From contig JAGLQO010000011.1 in NCBI GenBank assembly GCA_023136775.1, positions 34,528 through 98,527 of the forward strand: a stretch of DNA of 64,000 nucleotides, read 5' to 3'. Numbering within the stretch: the stretch's first letter is position 1; every line of letters starts with the position of its first letter. The translations under genes were made by a program, and so were the position numbers. Under the pieces are notes generated by a model that saw only the letters and a list, made by a program, of their open reading frames with translations, was not told where the DNA came from and ran no database searches. Of this stretch, positions 32,727 to 42,500 are shown piece after piece. Source of the DNA: Candidatus Pacearchaeota archaeon (GTDB taxonomy: Archaea > Nanobdellota > Nanobdellia > Pacearchaeales > GW2011-AR1).

Positions 32727-34469
32727 ATGGGAATAACAGGACTTGTAACAGAGGCGGTGAACGGGCTAGGGAACCATCTTTCTCATTTGCCTGCAAGCGA
32801 GGCAATTATTTTTGACATCGCAATTATCTTAATTTTATCGGCTATGTTCGCGTTCGTAGCTAAACTCCTGAAGCAACCACTTATTCCAGCTTACGTAGTA
32901 ACAGGACTTATTATCGGACCAATAGTTTTTGGATTCGTAAAAAACATGGATTTAATTCATGCATTTTCCGAAATCGGAGTTGCCTTCTTATTATTTACAG
33001 CTGGATTAGAAATTTCATTCAAAAAAATCAAAGAAGCCAACCTAAAGAAAATCGCAATTATTGGACTCTTGCAGGTCGCTGCTATTTTCGGAATAGTTTT
33101 CGCACTATCTGGATTCTTAGATTTAACTTCACTTCAAGCTGCCTACATTGGAATTATTTTAGCGTTTGGTTCTACTATGGTTGATATTAAATTATTGGCG
33201 GATAAAAATGAATTAGTAACTTTACATGGAAGATTAGTTCTAGGAATTTTACTTCTACAAGATTTAATCGCCATCATAGCGATTGTAGTATTTACGGCTG
33301 GCGGGTTCGAAATGGGAGCTCTTGGAATGGCATTCCTAAAACTCCTTGTAATTTTTTCTATAGCGATTGTATTACAAAAATTTGTACTGAAAAAAATCTT
33401 CAAGTTTGCGGCAAAATCAAACGAATTATTATTCTTAACCTCTTTAGCTATATTATTCTTGTTCGTAATTTTATCTTACGCCCTTGAGCTATCCATCGCA
33501 ATCGGGGCGTTTATCGCTGGAGTTTCTCTGGCAAATTCGCAATTCAAATTAGAATTAGAATCTAGAATTTCTCCTATGAGAGATTTTTTCGCTATCCTAT
33601 TTTTCGTTGCGCTCGGTATGCAAATAGTGTTTAGTGGCGTTGGACAAAATTTATTGCTATTTGGATTCTTACTTATTGGAGCTTTTATTTTGAAACCAAT
33701 AATCACTTTGATATTACTTAGATTGACTGGATATCATCCTCGAACAAGTTTCCTAACGTCAATATCCTTGGCACAACTTTCTGAATTCTCATTAATAATC
33801 GGAGCTATCGGAGTTACAACTGGCGTCATAGATAACGGAGTCTTCTCAACAGTCATACTAGCGACCATTATAACAATGTCAATTACGCCTTACCTAATTG
33901 GATACAAAAAATCATTTTACAAAATATTTAAACATCCCATGTCTTTATTGAAATTTTTACCGATTCACGAAACAACACACTATAAAGACGAAAAAGATAA
34001 AAAAATATTAATAGTGGGATTCCACAGAATCGGGGGAGTAATGCTAGACGAGCTTCTAGAGAAAAAAGATGAACTTTTAGTTATCGATTATAATCCAGAT
34101 GTTATTTCAATGTTGGTAGAAAAGAAAATTTCATGTATTTATGGCGACATTACAAGTCCAGAATTATTAGATAAAATAAAATTAAATAAGTTAAAAACTG
34201 TTATTTCTACTATTCCTGAATATGAGAGTAATGTGTATTTGCTGAAAAAAATTAAAGGAATAAATCCTAAGATCAAAGTTATTCTTACTGGAAATCGAAT
34301 TAGCGAAGCTTTGAAGCTTTATGAAAAGGGAGCTGATTTTGTTATAACTCCGAAAGTTGTAGCTGGGCAAAAATTAGCTAGTATAATTCATAATGGAAAT
34401 TCTAAGATAAAAGATGTAAAAAGAGACCACATCAGACACTTGAAAGATGTTCACAACTCATTATATTGA
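32727..34469 (+). CDS. Kef-type cation:proton antiporter (CPA2) with a TrkA-N/RCK domain, second paralog
   Basis: Polytopic N-terminal region similar to 17389..19095. KILIVGFHRIGGVM..VIDYNPD Rossmann motif. ATG at 32727 preferred. Confidence 0.8.
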   Translation: MGITGLVTEAVNGLGNHLSHLPASEAIIFDIAIILILSAMFAFVAKLLKQPLIPAYVVTGLIIGPIVFGFVKNMDLIHAFSEIGVAFLLFTAGLEISFKKIKEANLKKIAIIGLLQVAAIFGIVFALSGFLDLTSLQAAYIGIILAFGSTMVDIKLLADKNELVTLHGRLVLGILLLQDLIAIIAIVVFTAGGFEMGALGMAFLKLLVIFSIAIVLQKFVLKKIFKFAAKSNELLFLTSLAILFLFVILSYALELSIAIGAFIAGVSLANSQFKLELESRISPMRDFFAILFFVALGMQIVFSGVGQNLLLFGFLLIGAFILKPIITLILLRLTGYHPRTSFLTSISLAQLSEFSLIIGAIGVTTGVIDNGVFSTVILATIITMSITPYLIGYKKSFYKIFKHPMSLLKFLPIHETTHYKDEKDKKILIVGFHRIGGVMLDELLEKKDELLVIDYNPDVISMLVEKKISCIYGDITSPELLDKIKLNKLKTVISTIPEYESNVYLLKKIKGINPKIKVILTGNRISEALKLYEKGADFVITPKVVAGQKLASIIHNGNSKIKDVKRDHIRHLKDVHNSLY

Positions 34470-34606
34470 AAATATCGAAAAAATTTCTGGTGAAATTTTC
34501 TTCGTAAAAATCCACACAGGATTTTAGATTCCAGACCACTTACCGACTTTGTCGCAGATGGTCTGATATAATTAGGCGAAACATTTGTTTCGCCGTGATT
34601 CGGAGT
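34470..34606 (+). repeat. Family C element, copy 3, starting directly after the antiporter stop codon
   Basis: aaaatttc-tggt-gaaatttt, ..cacacaggatttta.., cagacc..ggtctg, ggcgaaac-attt-gtttcgcc. Confidence 0.7.
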
Positions 34607-34691
34607 GGATGCTATTAGTTTTTGAATGAACCTATGGATGTGTTAGAGGATTGATTAAACTTAAAAAAGCTTTAAGCTATTGTTATTTATC

Positions 34692-36233
34692 ATGGATGAA
34701 AAATTAATTGTAGAATCTTTGTCTCCAATGGAGCGAAGTGTTTTGCCGAAATTGACTACAGAATTTGTAAATGTCGACGAAGTTTCTACTTTGTCATCTT
34801 TAGACAAAACAACAGTTCTTAGGGCAATTGGATTTTTGAAAAATAAAGGATTAGTAGAAGTTTCGACTTCTGAAAGACGGGTTGTAATCCTTGGAATTTT
34901 AGGTGTTAATTATTTAAAAAAGGAATTACCTGAGCGAGCTTTACTTAATAAGTTAGCTGAAAAAAAAGTTATTCCTATTGGAGAAATAAAAAATGTTTGT
35001 GGGTTAAATGATAACGAGGCCAAAAGTGCTCTTGGAGCTTTGAAGAAAAAAGCTTTGATTGCCATTAAGACTGGTAAATTAGAGCTTAGTGCAAAACCCG
35101 AAGAAATTCAAAACAAAATGATTGAAGAGCTTTTAATGGAAAAACTTCCAATGGAGTTTAGTTCTATTCAAGATTTAGATAAACTTGCATTTGCGACTTT
35201 GAAAAACAGAAAAGATATTATCCAAGTTGAAGATCAAAAAACCACTTCTGTTATGTTGACCGAAGACGGAAAAAAGATTTCGAAGATGGGACTTGAGGAC
35301 GATTTAATCGAAGCTTTAACTCCTAAAATTTTAAAACAAAATACATGGAAGGGCAAGAAATTTAGACGATATGATTTATCGACTCCAGTTCCAAGAATTT
35401 ATGGTGGAAAACGACACTTTGTGAATCAAGCTAAAGATTATGCTAAATCTATTTGGTTAGAGATGGGATTTAAAGAAATGAGCGGGAATAATATTGAAAC
35501 GGGATTTTGGATATTTGATAGTTTATTTACGGCACAAGATCATCCTGTTCGGGAGATGCAAGATACTTTTTACTTGAAGGGCGTAACTGGGAAACTTCCT
35601 GAAAGAAATAAGAAGAAGGAAGACTGTATGTTATATAATGTTCAAAAAGCTCACGAGGGTGGGGTTGATGGGAGTAAGGGTTGGCAATATAAATGGGACG
35701 AAAACGACGCTAAAAAAGTTTTGATGAGAACTCATACAACTTCATTATCTATAAGGAAACTTAGGGAAATTGGAAAATCAAAAGAATTTCCAGCTAAATA
35801 TTTCGCACTTGGAAAATGTTTTAGAAATGAGACTGTGGATTGGTCACATGGATTTGAGTTTAATCAAACAGAGGGAATTGTAATTGATGAAGATGCTAAC
35901 TTTAGACAACTACTTGGATATTTAACTCAATTTTACAAAAAAATGGGATATGAAAAAATTAGAATTAGACCTGCGTATTTCGCGTATACTGAACCATCTT
36001 TAGAAATTGATGTTTTTCATCCTGTCCATAAAAAATGGGTTGAACTTGGCGGAGCTGGAATGTTTAGACCAGAAGTTACAATTCCAATGTTCGGAAAACA
36101 TATTCCTGTTCTTGCATGGGGACAAGGATTTGATAGAATCATTACTGAATTTTTTGGGATAAATGATTTAAGAGATGTTTACAAAAATGATATAAACAAA
36201 CTTCGAGAGATGAAGTTTTGGAGGAAACACTAA
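34692..36233 (+). CDS. pheS: Phenylalanine--tRNA ligase alpha subunit, archaeal/eukaryal type
   Basis: N-terminal wHTH repeats. Class II motifs FRNETVDWSHGFEFNQTEG, GAGMFRPEV and AWGQGFDRI. Confidence 0.9.
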   Translation: MDEKLIVESLSPMERSVLPKLTTEFVNVDEVSTLSSLDKTTVLRAIGFLKNKGLVEVSTSERRVVILGILGVNYLKKELPERALLNKLAEKKVIPIGEIKNVCGLNDNEAKSALGALKKKALIAIKTGKLELSAKPEEIQNKMIEELLMEKLPMEFSSIQDLDKLAFATLKNRKDIIQVEDQKTTSVMLTEDGKKISKMGLEDDLIEALTPKILKQNTWKGKKFRRYDLSTPVPRIYGGKRHFVNQAKDYAKSIWLEMGFKEMSGNNIETGFWIFDSLFTAQDHPVREMQDTFYLKGVTGKLPERNKKKEDCMLYNVQKAHEGGVDGSKGWQYKWDENDAKKVLMRTHTTSLSIRKLREIGKSKEFPAKYFALGKCFRNETVDWSHGFEFNQTEGIVIDEDANFRQLLGYLTQFYKKMGYEKIRIRPAYFAYTEPSLEIDVFHPVHKKWVELGGAGMFRPEVTIPMFGKHIPVLAWGQGFDRIITEFFGINDLRDVYKNDINKLREMKFWRKH

Positions 36234-37891
36234 TGACAATATTGACGGTTGATAAAAAGAAATTAGAAAAAATTGTTGGGAAGATTACGCCAGAATTAGA
36301 AAACAAAATTACAGAAATGGGAACGCCAATCGAAGAAGTGACTGATGATGAATTGTCTGTTGAAGTTTTTCCAAACAGACCAGATCTGCTATCTTTAGAA
36401 AATTTTGCGAGGGCTATTAACCAATTCATGGGCAAGCGTGGTCTAGTTAACTTCAAAGTAAATAAACCAGAAAAAGATTATATTGTTACAATTAATAAAG
36501 CTGTAAAGGAAGTTCGTCCATTCACTGCATGTGCTGTAATTAAAGGACTTAAATTTAGCGATGCTAGAATTAAAAGCGTTATCGAACTTCAAGAAAAATT
36601 GCATGGAAGCTACGGAAGAAACAGACGAAAATTGGCTCTTGGAATTTATCCTATAGAAGAAATAATTTTTCCATTAACTTATACTGCTGAAAAACCAAAT
36701 GATATTAAATTTCAGCCATTGGAATTTCCACGAGTTATAACTGGACGTCAAATTTTAAGTCAACATCCAACTGGACGAGACTATGGTGAGTTATTGAAAG
36801 GACAAGAATTATTCCCAATTTACAAAGATGCCGCAGGAGAAATTATGTCAATGCCACCAATTATTAATTCTCATAAGACTGGAAGAATTACCGAAAAGAC
36901 GAAGGCTGTATTTATAGAATGTTCTGGATTCAATAAAGAATATTTAAAGAAAACTATTGATTTAGTTGTATCTTCATTTTCTGAAATGGGCGGGAAAATT
37001 TATGCCGTTGAGATAAAAGACAATGCTGATGGGAATTTTATTACTCCTGACATGGCTCCAGAAAAAATGAAATTTAAAATTAAAGATATTGAAAAAACTT
37101 TAGGTATTGAATTAACTGAAAAAAATGTTAAAAATTATTTATCTCGAATGGGAATTGGTTATGAAAATGACAAGGGTAAATCTGTTGCAATAATTCCATG
37201 TTATAGGACTGACATTTTACACTGGATTGATTTGGCCGAAGAGGTTGCGATTGCTTATGGTTATGAAAATTTTGTACCAGAGATTCCTGATATTTCTACA
37301 ATTGCCTACGAGGACCCAATGGATGTTGCTAAAAAGACTATTGGGAATGTATTAGCCGGACTTGGGCTTTTGGAAACGTCGTCGTTTCATTTAGTAACAA
37401 AGAAGAATGTTAAAAAAATGCATTACGATTTTAATGACTTTATAGAATTAGAAGATTCCAAGACTGAAAGAGATGTTCTTCGAATTGATATGTTAACTAA
37501 TCTTTTACAAATTGCTTCGGAAAATTCTAACGCTGCTTATCCTCAGAAAACTTTTGAGATGGGACGAATTTTTTCGAGAAGCGTAAATGAAAATTCTGAG
37601 ACAGGGATTGATGAAAAGGAAAGATTGGCAATTAGCTTAATTGATGAAAAAATAAATTTCACTGAACTTAAACAAGTTTTAGATTATTTATTTAAGATGT
37701 TAAATATTGAATATTTAATTGAAAACGTTGAAAATAATAATTACATTATTGGGCGGTGTGGGAAGATAATAGTAGATGGGAAAGATATCGGATTTATTGG
37801 AGAGGTTGCTCCGAGAGTTTTAAAGAATTGGAAGATTAAACTTCCAATGGTAGCCTTGGAAATTGGATTAGATTTTCTTGGTACATGCTAG
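36233..37891 (+). CDS. pheT: Phenylalanine--tRNA ligase beta subunit, archaeal type
   Basis: TAATG stop/start overlap with pheS. B3_4-like region (PPIINSHKTG) and B5-like region (YRTDILHWIDLAEEVAIAYGY). Confidence 0.85.
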   Translation: MTILTVDKKKLEKIVGKITPELENKITEMGTPIEEVTDDELSVEVFPNRPDLLSLENFARAINQFMGKRGLVNFKVNKPEKDYIVTINKAVKEVRPFTACAVIKGLKFSDARIKSVIELQEKLHGSYGRNRRKLALGIYPIEEIIFPLTYTAEKPNDIKFQPLEFPRVITGRQILSQHPTGRDYGELLKGQELFPIYKDAAGEIMSMPPIINSHKTGRITEKTKAVFIECSGFNKEYLKKTIDLVVSSFSEMGGKIYAVEIKDNADGNFITPDMAPEKMKFKIKDIEKTLGIELTEKNVKNYLSRMGIGYENDKGKSVAIIPCYRTDILHWIDLAEEVAIAYGYENFVPEIPDISTIAYEDPMDVAKKTIGNVLAGLGLLETSSFHLVTKKNVKKMHYDFNDFIELEDSKTERDVLRIDMLTNLLQIASENSNAAYPQKTFEMGRIFSRSVNENSETGIDEKERLAISLIDEKINFTELKQVLDYLFKMLNIEYLIENVENNNYIIGRCGKIIVDGKDIGFIGEVAPRVLKNWKIKLPMVALEIGLDFLGTC

Positions 37892-37920
37892 CAGATTTTT
37901 AAATTAATGAATTATCTAGG

Positions 37921-38075
37921 ATTAGTATCCAATAAAATTCCAAGGCAACTTGCTCGCGGATTATAGGGATTATGTAGATTCAAGGCAGGAAAGCAGAAGA
38001 CAAATTTGGCTCACAGATTTACACGGACGTCTTCGACGTTCACGGATTAGAGGCAATGATTTTGGGAGTGAGAAT
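37921..38075 (+). repeat. Family A element A5
   Basis: ttgctcgcggatt.., ggctcacagatttacacggacgtcttcgacgttcacggatt (hairpin gacgtc-ttc-gacgtt), ..gattttgggagtg. Confidence 0.7.
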
Positions 38076-38134
38076 TTTTTATAGCGAATGTATTTACAGA
38101 ATAAACTTATAAAGTTTTGAAGCTGTTCTTTTAT

Positions 38135-38758
38135 ATGAATGTGGTGATGATTGTTCTTGTGTTTTTGACCGTTTCTTCTGTAGTTGTTGGGGGAGTAATT
38201 TTAGTAAATAATTATTTGGATAATCTAGAAGAAACTCTAAAGACAGGCGAAAATACTGTGCTTACTGATGATAATAATTTAAAAGAATCAAATACTAATG
38301 AAGAAGTAATTAATGGTGAAATTGTTACAAAAGAACTTTCCACAAGTGAATCAGGTGGAGGTGGATCGGGGGGATCTAGTGACGGAGAAACAACTCTAGA
38401 AGTTACTATTCCAGTTGTATGCAAAGATGAATATATTCAATATTCTTTAAAAAATTTCAAAGAGCAAACTGAATGCCTAGAGGATTTTGAGGGGAAATGT
38501 ATAAAATTTGTCGCAGACTGTTCTGTTGATGTTCATAATTTAGATGTGAATGTAGAAGATAATTTTGAAATAGAATATTCCTTAACTGACACTTCCAATA
38601 AAAAATTGGATTTAACACTCTTATCAAACAATGTAAAAATCAATTCTCCAGTAATCTTCAAAACAAATTTTACGATAGAAGATCCGTCTGGAATAGATCC
38701 TTTATCAACTTGTAAAATAAAAATGATAACTATTCCTCAAAAAGAAGTTTGTGCTTAA
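38135..38758 (+). CDS. Hypothetical membrane-anchored or secreted protein
   Basis: N-terminal TM/signal segment (MNVVMIVLVFLTVSSVVVGGVILV), GGGGSGGSS linker, Cys-containing C-terminal domain. Confidence 0.5.
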   Translation: MNVVMIVLVFLTVSSVVVGGVILVNNYLDNLEETLKTGENTVLTDDNNLKESNTNEEVINGEIVTKELSTSESGGGGSGGSSDGETTLEVTIPVVCKDEYIQYSLKNFKEQTECLEDFEGKCIKFVADCSVDVHNLDVNVEDNFEIEYSLTDTSNKKLDLTLLSNNVKINSPVIFKTNFTIEDPSGIDPLSTCKIKMITIPQKEVCA

Positions 38759-38765
38759 ATATCAA

Positions 38766-38788
38766 CATTTTTTCTGGTAAAAAATCGT
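38766..38788 (+). repeat. Family C partial copy: only the first hairpin (T-run stem, TGGT loop)
   Basis: cattttttctggtaaaaaatcgt begins 8 nt after the stop at 38758. Compare catttttttctggtgaaaaaaatcgt in copy 2. Confidence 0.5.
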
Positions 38789-38909
38789 TGGAAGAATTCT
38801 AATAGGTAACTCCCAAGAGCAAGTATTGCACGTTACCCGACTTATAAGATTCGCTTCACTCACCGACTTGTTCAACTTTGCTATGTAACTTTATATTTCT
38901 AATAATTAC

Positions 38910-39452
38910 TCAATCAAAATAACTTGATTTTTTAGAAGAATCATCTTTTTCAAAATTTGCTTCGAATCCTTTTATTATTTCTAGAATTTGTGGTTTTAGC
39001 TCTTGCCAAAGATTGAAGGTATCTGTTATAAATTTCGCTTCACTTTGTTCGTCATACATTGTATCCAATCTCATTATTGCTAATTGGGTTTTAGATAGTG
39101 CTTTATATATATTTTTCATTTGTTCTTTATCATCGTTTGACATTCCTCTGAGAATTGAAAATACGAAAATTGGAGGGGAGGTTGGATTTATTAGGGTTTC
39201 AAAGAGATGTAAATATGCTGCTACTTTTTCATTTATTATTCTTCTTATTTCACGAAGCAAGTAACTAGATTCTTTATCTGCTACTTTTTCTACATCAAAG
39301 TCTTCGCATATTTTTTCAAAATTTGGTAAGATGTATTTATCTTTTAGTTCGTTGTATTTTGTTTCTAAATCGTCTTCGTCTATTAATTTTATAACTTCGG
39401 AAAGTTTTTTGGATTTGTCTTCTGTTGAGTCTGTGGGTTTTTCTTCTTTCAT
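38910..39452 (-). CDS. Hypothetical acidic helical protein
   Basis: 180-aa ORF with no recognised motif. Confidence 0.45.
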   Translation of the reverse strand: MKEEKPTDSTEDKSKKLSEVIKLIDEDDLETKYNELKDKYILPNFEKICEDFDVEKVADKESSYLLREIRRIINEKVAAYLHLFETLINPTSPPIFVFSILRGMSNDDKEQMKNIYKALSKTQLAIMRLDTMYDEQSEAKFITDTFNLWQELKPQILEIIKGFEANFEKDDSSKKSSYFD

Positions 39453-39542
39453 AAATAATCTGCGGATATAACGTTTATAAAATTAGGGGTTGATGATTTT
39501 TTGTGTTGGAATGGAGCGAGTGATTAAAACTGTGTTATCAAA

Positions 39543-39582
39543 AGTCACATCTGGGACTCAAACCCAGGACCTCGTCATTACC
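39543..39582 (-). pseudogene. tRNA-Thr(GGU)-like 3' fragment, from the anticodon loop to the acceptor end
   Basis: The reverse complement reads ggtaa-tgacg-aggtc-ctggg-tttgagt-cccag-atgtgac-t. It aligns with the 3' half of the tRNA at 40381-40471. Confidence 0.65.
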
Positions 39583-39647
39583 GGTGTGCGATTTAATGTT
39601 AAATTAAATACAATAATATTAAAAAAGATATCTTTCTATTCCAGGAT

Positions 39648-40280
39648 ATGATAAACAACATTCCTTTTTATAAAAATGACGAAGACGGAAATCAATGCTT
39701 ACAAGTTGCTACCAGAAGTGCTATAAAACATTTTTTAAATAAGGATTATTCCTTAGAGGAATTAGATAGGCTGACTGGAAAAAAAGCAAATTTTTGGACA
39801 TATACTTCCCAAATTGCTTCTGTGCTGCACGATGTTGGGTTAAAAATTAAATATTATTCAAAAGAAGCACTTGAGCCTTTTTTGGAAGGAGAATCTTATC
39901 TCAGGAAACATTATGGTAAAAATGCAGATAAAATATTAAAATTCACTAATGTTCCCACAGTTGTAGAATCTATTGAAAATCTATTAACATATGATATATT
40001 CAAACAAAGGAAAATTTCACTTTCATCCATTGAAGAAGAAGTAAAAAAAGGACATGTTCCAATAGTTCTAATTGACAATAATATAATTACAAAAAAAGAT
40101 GGTTATTATCAAGGACATGCTGTAGTTATAACTGGATTCGATAATGAATTTATTTATTATCATGATTCAGGTCCAAGTAATCCAACCTCTAATAAGCGAA
40201 TAGATAAAAAGATATTCATTAAAGCCATGGATGCAAATGGTACAGATAATGATTGTATCATAGTATTTGGGGAAAGATAG
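39648..40280 (+). CDS. Papain-like cysteine peptidase, C39-like family
   Basis: Nucleophile context GNQCLQVATRSA and downstream YQGHAVVITGFD (His), as in C39-like/BtrH-like peptidases. Confidence 0.55.
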   Translation: MINNIPFYKNDEDGNQCLQVATRSAIKHFLNKDYSLEELDRLTGKKANFWTYTSQIASVLHDVGLKIKYYSKEALEPFLEGESYLRKHYGKNADKILKFTNVPTVVESIENLLTYDIFKQRKISLSSIEEEVKKGHVPIVLIDNNIITKKDGYYQGHAVVITGFDNEFIYYHDSGPSNPTSNKRIDKKIFIKAMDANGTDNDCIIVFGER

Positions 40281-40291
40281 CAAAAAACAAA

Positions 40292-40330
40292 AGCCACATC
40301 TGGGGCTCAAACCCGACTCACAATCATGTC
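40292..40330 (-). pseudogene. Degenerate tRNA 3' fragment (T arm plus acceptor strand)
   Basis: The reverse complement reads gacatgattgtgagtc-gggtttgagcccc-agatgtggc-t. It aligns with fragment 39543-39582 but the T stem is damaged. Confidence 0.5.
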
Positions 40331-40380
40331 TTCAAAAATATAATTTTTTATGCAACTTAAGTATAATAAATAATAATTCA

Positions 40381-40471
40381 AGCCTGGCATGGGGATCAAA
40401 CCCACGACCTCCGCATAATTGGAACCCTAAGGCTTACCAATGCGACGCTCTATCAACTGAGCTAACCAGGC
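40381..40471 (-). tRNA. tRNA-Thr, anticodon GGU, with an 18-nt intron at 37/38
   Basis: Hand-folded. Acceptor gcctggt/gccaggc, D arm gctc-agttgata-gagc, anticodon stem tcgca/tgcgg, loop tt-GGT-a[intron agccttagggttccaatt]a, T arm gtggg-tttgatc-cccat. Intron ccaat pairs with attgg of the anticodon region. Confidence 0.8.
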
Positions 40472-40477
40472 ATTTTT

Positions 40478-40538
40478 ACCGCATCATCATTTAATCATTA
40501 CCAATGACGCGCTCTATCAAGAGCTTAATTTATGCGGC
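40478..40538 (-). pseudogene. tRNA-Thr-like 5' fragment (D arm plus anticodon arm) closed by its own 7-bp stem
   Basis: The reverse complement reads gccgcat-aaattaa-gctc-ttgata-gagc-g-cgtca-ttggtaa-tgattaaatgatg-atgcggt. There is no T arm. gccgcat pairs with atgcggt (including one G-U). Confidence 0.5.
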
Positions 40539-40578
40539 ATAATCAATTCTAAGAAATTTAGTTTATAATTCTTTTCTC

Positions 40579-40902
40579 TTATCTTCTCGGCTGAACTCCG
40601 CCATCTGTTACATTGAGTTTTACTGCGTTTCCAACCAATGCTGTTGTATCTTTTCCTATGTCCCAAAGTTTCGCACTCGTCTCGCCAATCCATCCAAAAT
40701 AAGTATAGACTGCATTTACAATTTCTTTTGGGGAGTCTATACTAACTTCATTGGAGGACAACATTCCCACTAATGAAAAATAAAGAACTAAACCCAATAT
40801 TGCAAAGACTAAAGCTTTCAGTTTTCTTGTATGATGTTCCATTTGCAAGAAGAATAAAGCTATCATTACAAAAACACCAATTATAATCCAGTTAAGTATC
40901 AT
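40579..40902 (-). CDS. Hypothetical membrane protein
   Basis: 107 aa with two N-terminal TM helices. Confidence 0.45.
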   Translation of the reverse strand: MILNWIIIGVFVMIALFFLQMEHHTRKLKALVFAILGLVLYFSLVGMLSSNEVSIDSPKEIVNAVYTYFGWIGETSAKLWDIGKDTTALVGNAVKLNVTDGGVQPRR

Positions 40903-40932
40903 ATTGTAATAAATACTTGAAGATATAAAAAT

Positions 40933-42441
40933 CTATCTTTTTAGAAGCGAACTGCCAGTCATTTCGCGAGGTTTTTTTACTTCCAATAAATCAATAAGTG
41001 TTGGAGCTACATCCTGAAGACCTTTATTTTTCTTTAAATTTATCCTGTCCTTAGAAATTAAAATACATGGAACTTGATTTGTGGTATGTGAAGTTTCCCA
41101 TCCCTTTCTTTGATCTTCTGCGTTTCCATGATCTGCTAAAATTAAAATATTATAATTTTTTTTCAATCCCATTTCAACAATTTTCTTTAAAGCTATATCT
41201 ACTGAGTTACAAGCTTTTTTTATTGCTGGGACATTGGCAGTATGCCCAACCATGTCTGCATTTACTAAATTTGTTATAATAAGATTATACTTGTCTTTTT
41301 TTATTTCTCTAACAAGATTTGTAGCTATTTTATTTACGCTCATTTCAGGTTTTAGATCGTAAGTTTTAACTCTTGGAGACTGAATAATTATCCTATCTTC
41401 CCCTTTGTTTGGTTTTTCAATTTGAGAATTAAAAAAAAATGTAACATGTGCATATTTTTCCGTTTCGCTAATTCTTAATTGTTTTAAATTATTTTTTGAT
41501 ACAACTTCTCCAAGATTATTTTTTAGAGTTGGCTCTCTAAAAGCTACTGCGGTTTTTATAGGAAAATAATATTCTGACATCGAAACATAATGCGCATTAA
41601 TTTTTTTTCTTGTAAAATGAGTAAATTTAATATCCGATAATGCCCTGGTTAATTGTCTGGCTCTGTCAGTTCTGTAATTAAAGAATATCACAGAATCTTT
41701 GGGAGAAATGCCACAATATCCTTTTTTTGTTCTTGGAACTACAAATTCATCTGTAATTTTGTTTTTGTAACTATTTTTTAGACTGTTCTTTGGATTAATA
41801 AATTTTATATTCGATTCTCCAAGGGCGATTGCAGCGTAAGCCACTTTTGTTCTGTTCCATCTTTTATCTCTGTCCATTGCATAAAATCTTCCAGAGATGG
41901 AAACAATTTCACCAAAACCTAAACTCTTTATTTTCTCTTCAATTTTATTCAAATATTTCATTCCTTTATTTACCGGAGAATCTCTTCCATCTGTAATCAA
42001 ATGGAGTTTTACATTGTAAAAATTTTTTTTATTGCATAAATTCAATAATGCAAATAAATGGTCAATATGGGAATGAACTCCTTCTTCTTGAATGAGCCCT
42101 ATTAAATGAACTGCTCCCAAATTTTTTTTAGCTTTATGGATTGCATCTAAGAATTCTTTTTTCTTAAAAAACGCGCCTGAATTAATTGATTTATTTATAC
42201 GGACTAAAGACTGATCAATAATTCTTCCACTCCCAAGTGTCATATGTCCAACTTCGGAATTTCCCATATATTTTTGGGGTAACCCTACAGCTCCATCATG
42301 TGCCGTTAATAACACATTTGGATAATCTCTCATTAGTCCGTCTGTAAATGGAGTCTTAGAATTTACTAAGGCATTATTTTTTTTTGATTTACGGTAGCCC
42401 CAACCATCTCGAATAATTAGCATCACCTTTTTCATGGTCAA
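40933..42441 (-). CDS. gpmI: 2,3-bisphosphoglycerate-independent phosphoglycerate mutase
   Basis: LIIRDGWG, NSEVGHMTLGSGR, ITDGRDS, ADMVGHT, LADHGNAE. Confidence 0.9.
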   Translation of the reverse strand: MTMKKVMLIIRDGWGYRKSKKNNALVNSKTPFTDGLMRDYPNVLLTAHDGAVGLPQKYMGNSEVGHMTLGSGRIIDQSLVRINKSINSGAFFKKKEFLDAIHKAKKNLGAVHLIGLIQEEGVHSHIDHLFALLNLCNKKNFYNVKLHLITDGRDSPVNKGMKYLNKIEEKIKSLGFGEIVSISGRFYAMDRDKRWNRTKVAYAAIALGESNIKFINPKNSLKNSYKNKITDEFVVPRTKKGYCGISPKDSVIFFNYRTDRARQLTRALSDIKFTHFTRKKINAHYVSMSEYYFPIKTAVAFREPTLKNNLGEVVSKNNLKQLRISETEKYAHVTFFFNSQIEKPNKGEDRIIIQSPRVKTYDLKPEMSVNKIATNLVREIKKDKYNLIITNLVNADMVGHTANVPAIKKACNSVDIALKKIVEMGLKKNYNILILADHGNAEDQRKGWETSHTTNQVPCILISKDRINLKKNKGLQDVAPTLIDLLEVKKPREMTGSSLLKR

Positions 42442-42500
42442 TAAAATACATTTTAATTAATAAACCTAATGTTTAAATAATTCAATTTATACATCATACT

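Noticed and set aside
38343-38385. G-rich stretch ggtggaggtggatcggggggatctagtgacgg (SGGGGSGGSSDG) as a third copy of the uvrB/helicase repeat
   Set aside because: It shares only gg(g)atctagtgacgg-like similarity. It reads as an ordinary Gly/Ser linker and has no 21-nt periodicity.
40267-40494. 75-aa + strand ORF
   Set aside because: It runs antisense through the tRNA-Thr gene and the tRNA fragment, so it is an artefact.
39543-40538. True split tRNA (separately encoded 5' and 3' halves joined in trans)
   Set aside because: The acceptor strands of the 5' fragment and the best 3' fragment have a C-A mismatch. The leader/trailer complementarity is only about 8 of 9 nt and AT-rich. An intact tRNA-Thr(GGU) already lies between them. 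Integration scars explain the pattern more simply, though the idea is not fully excluded.
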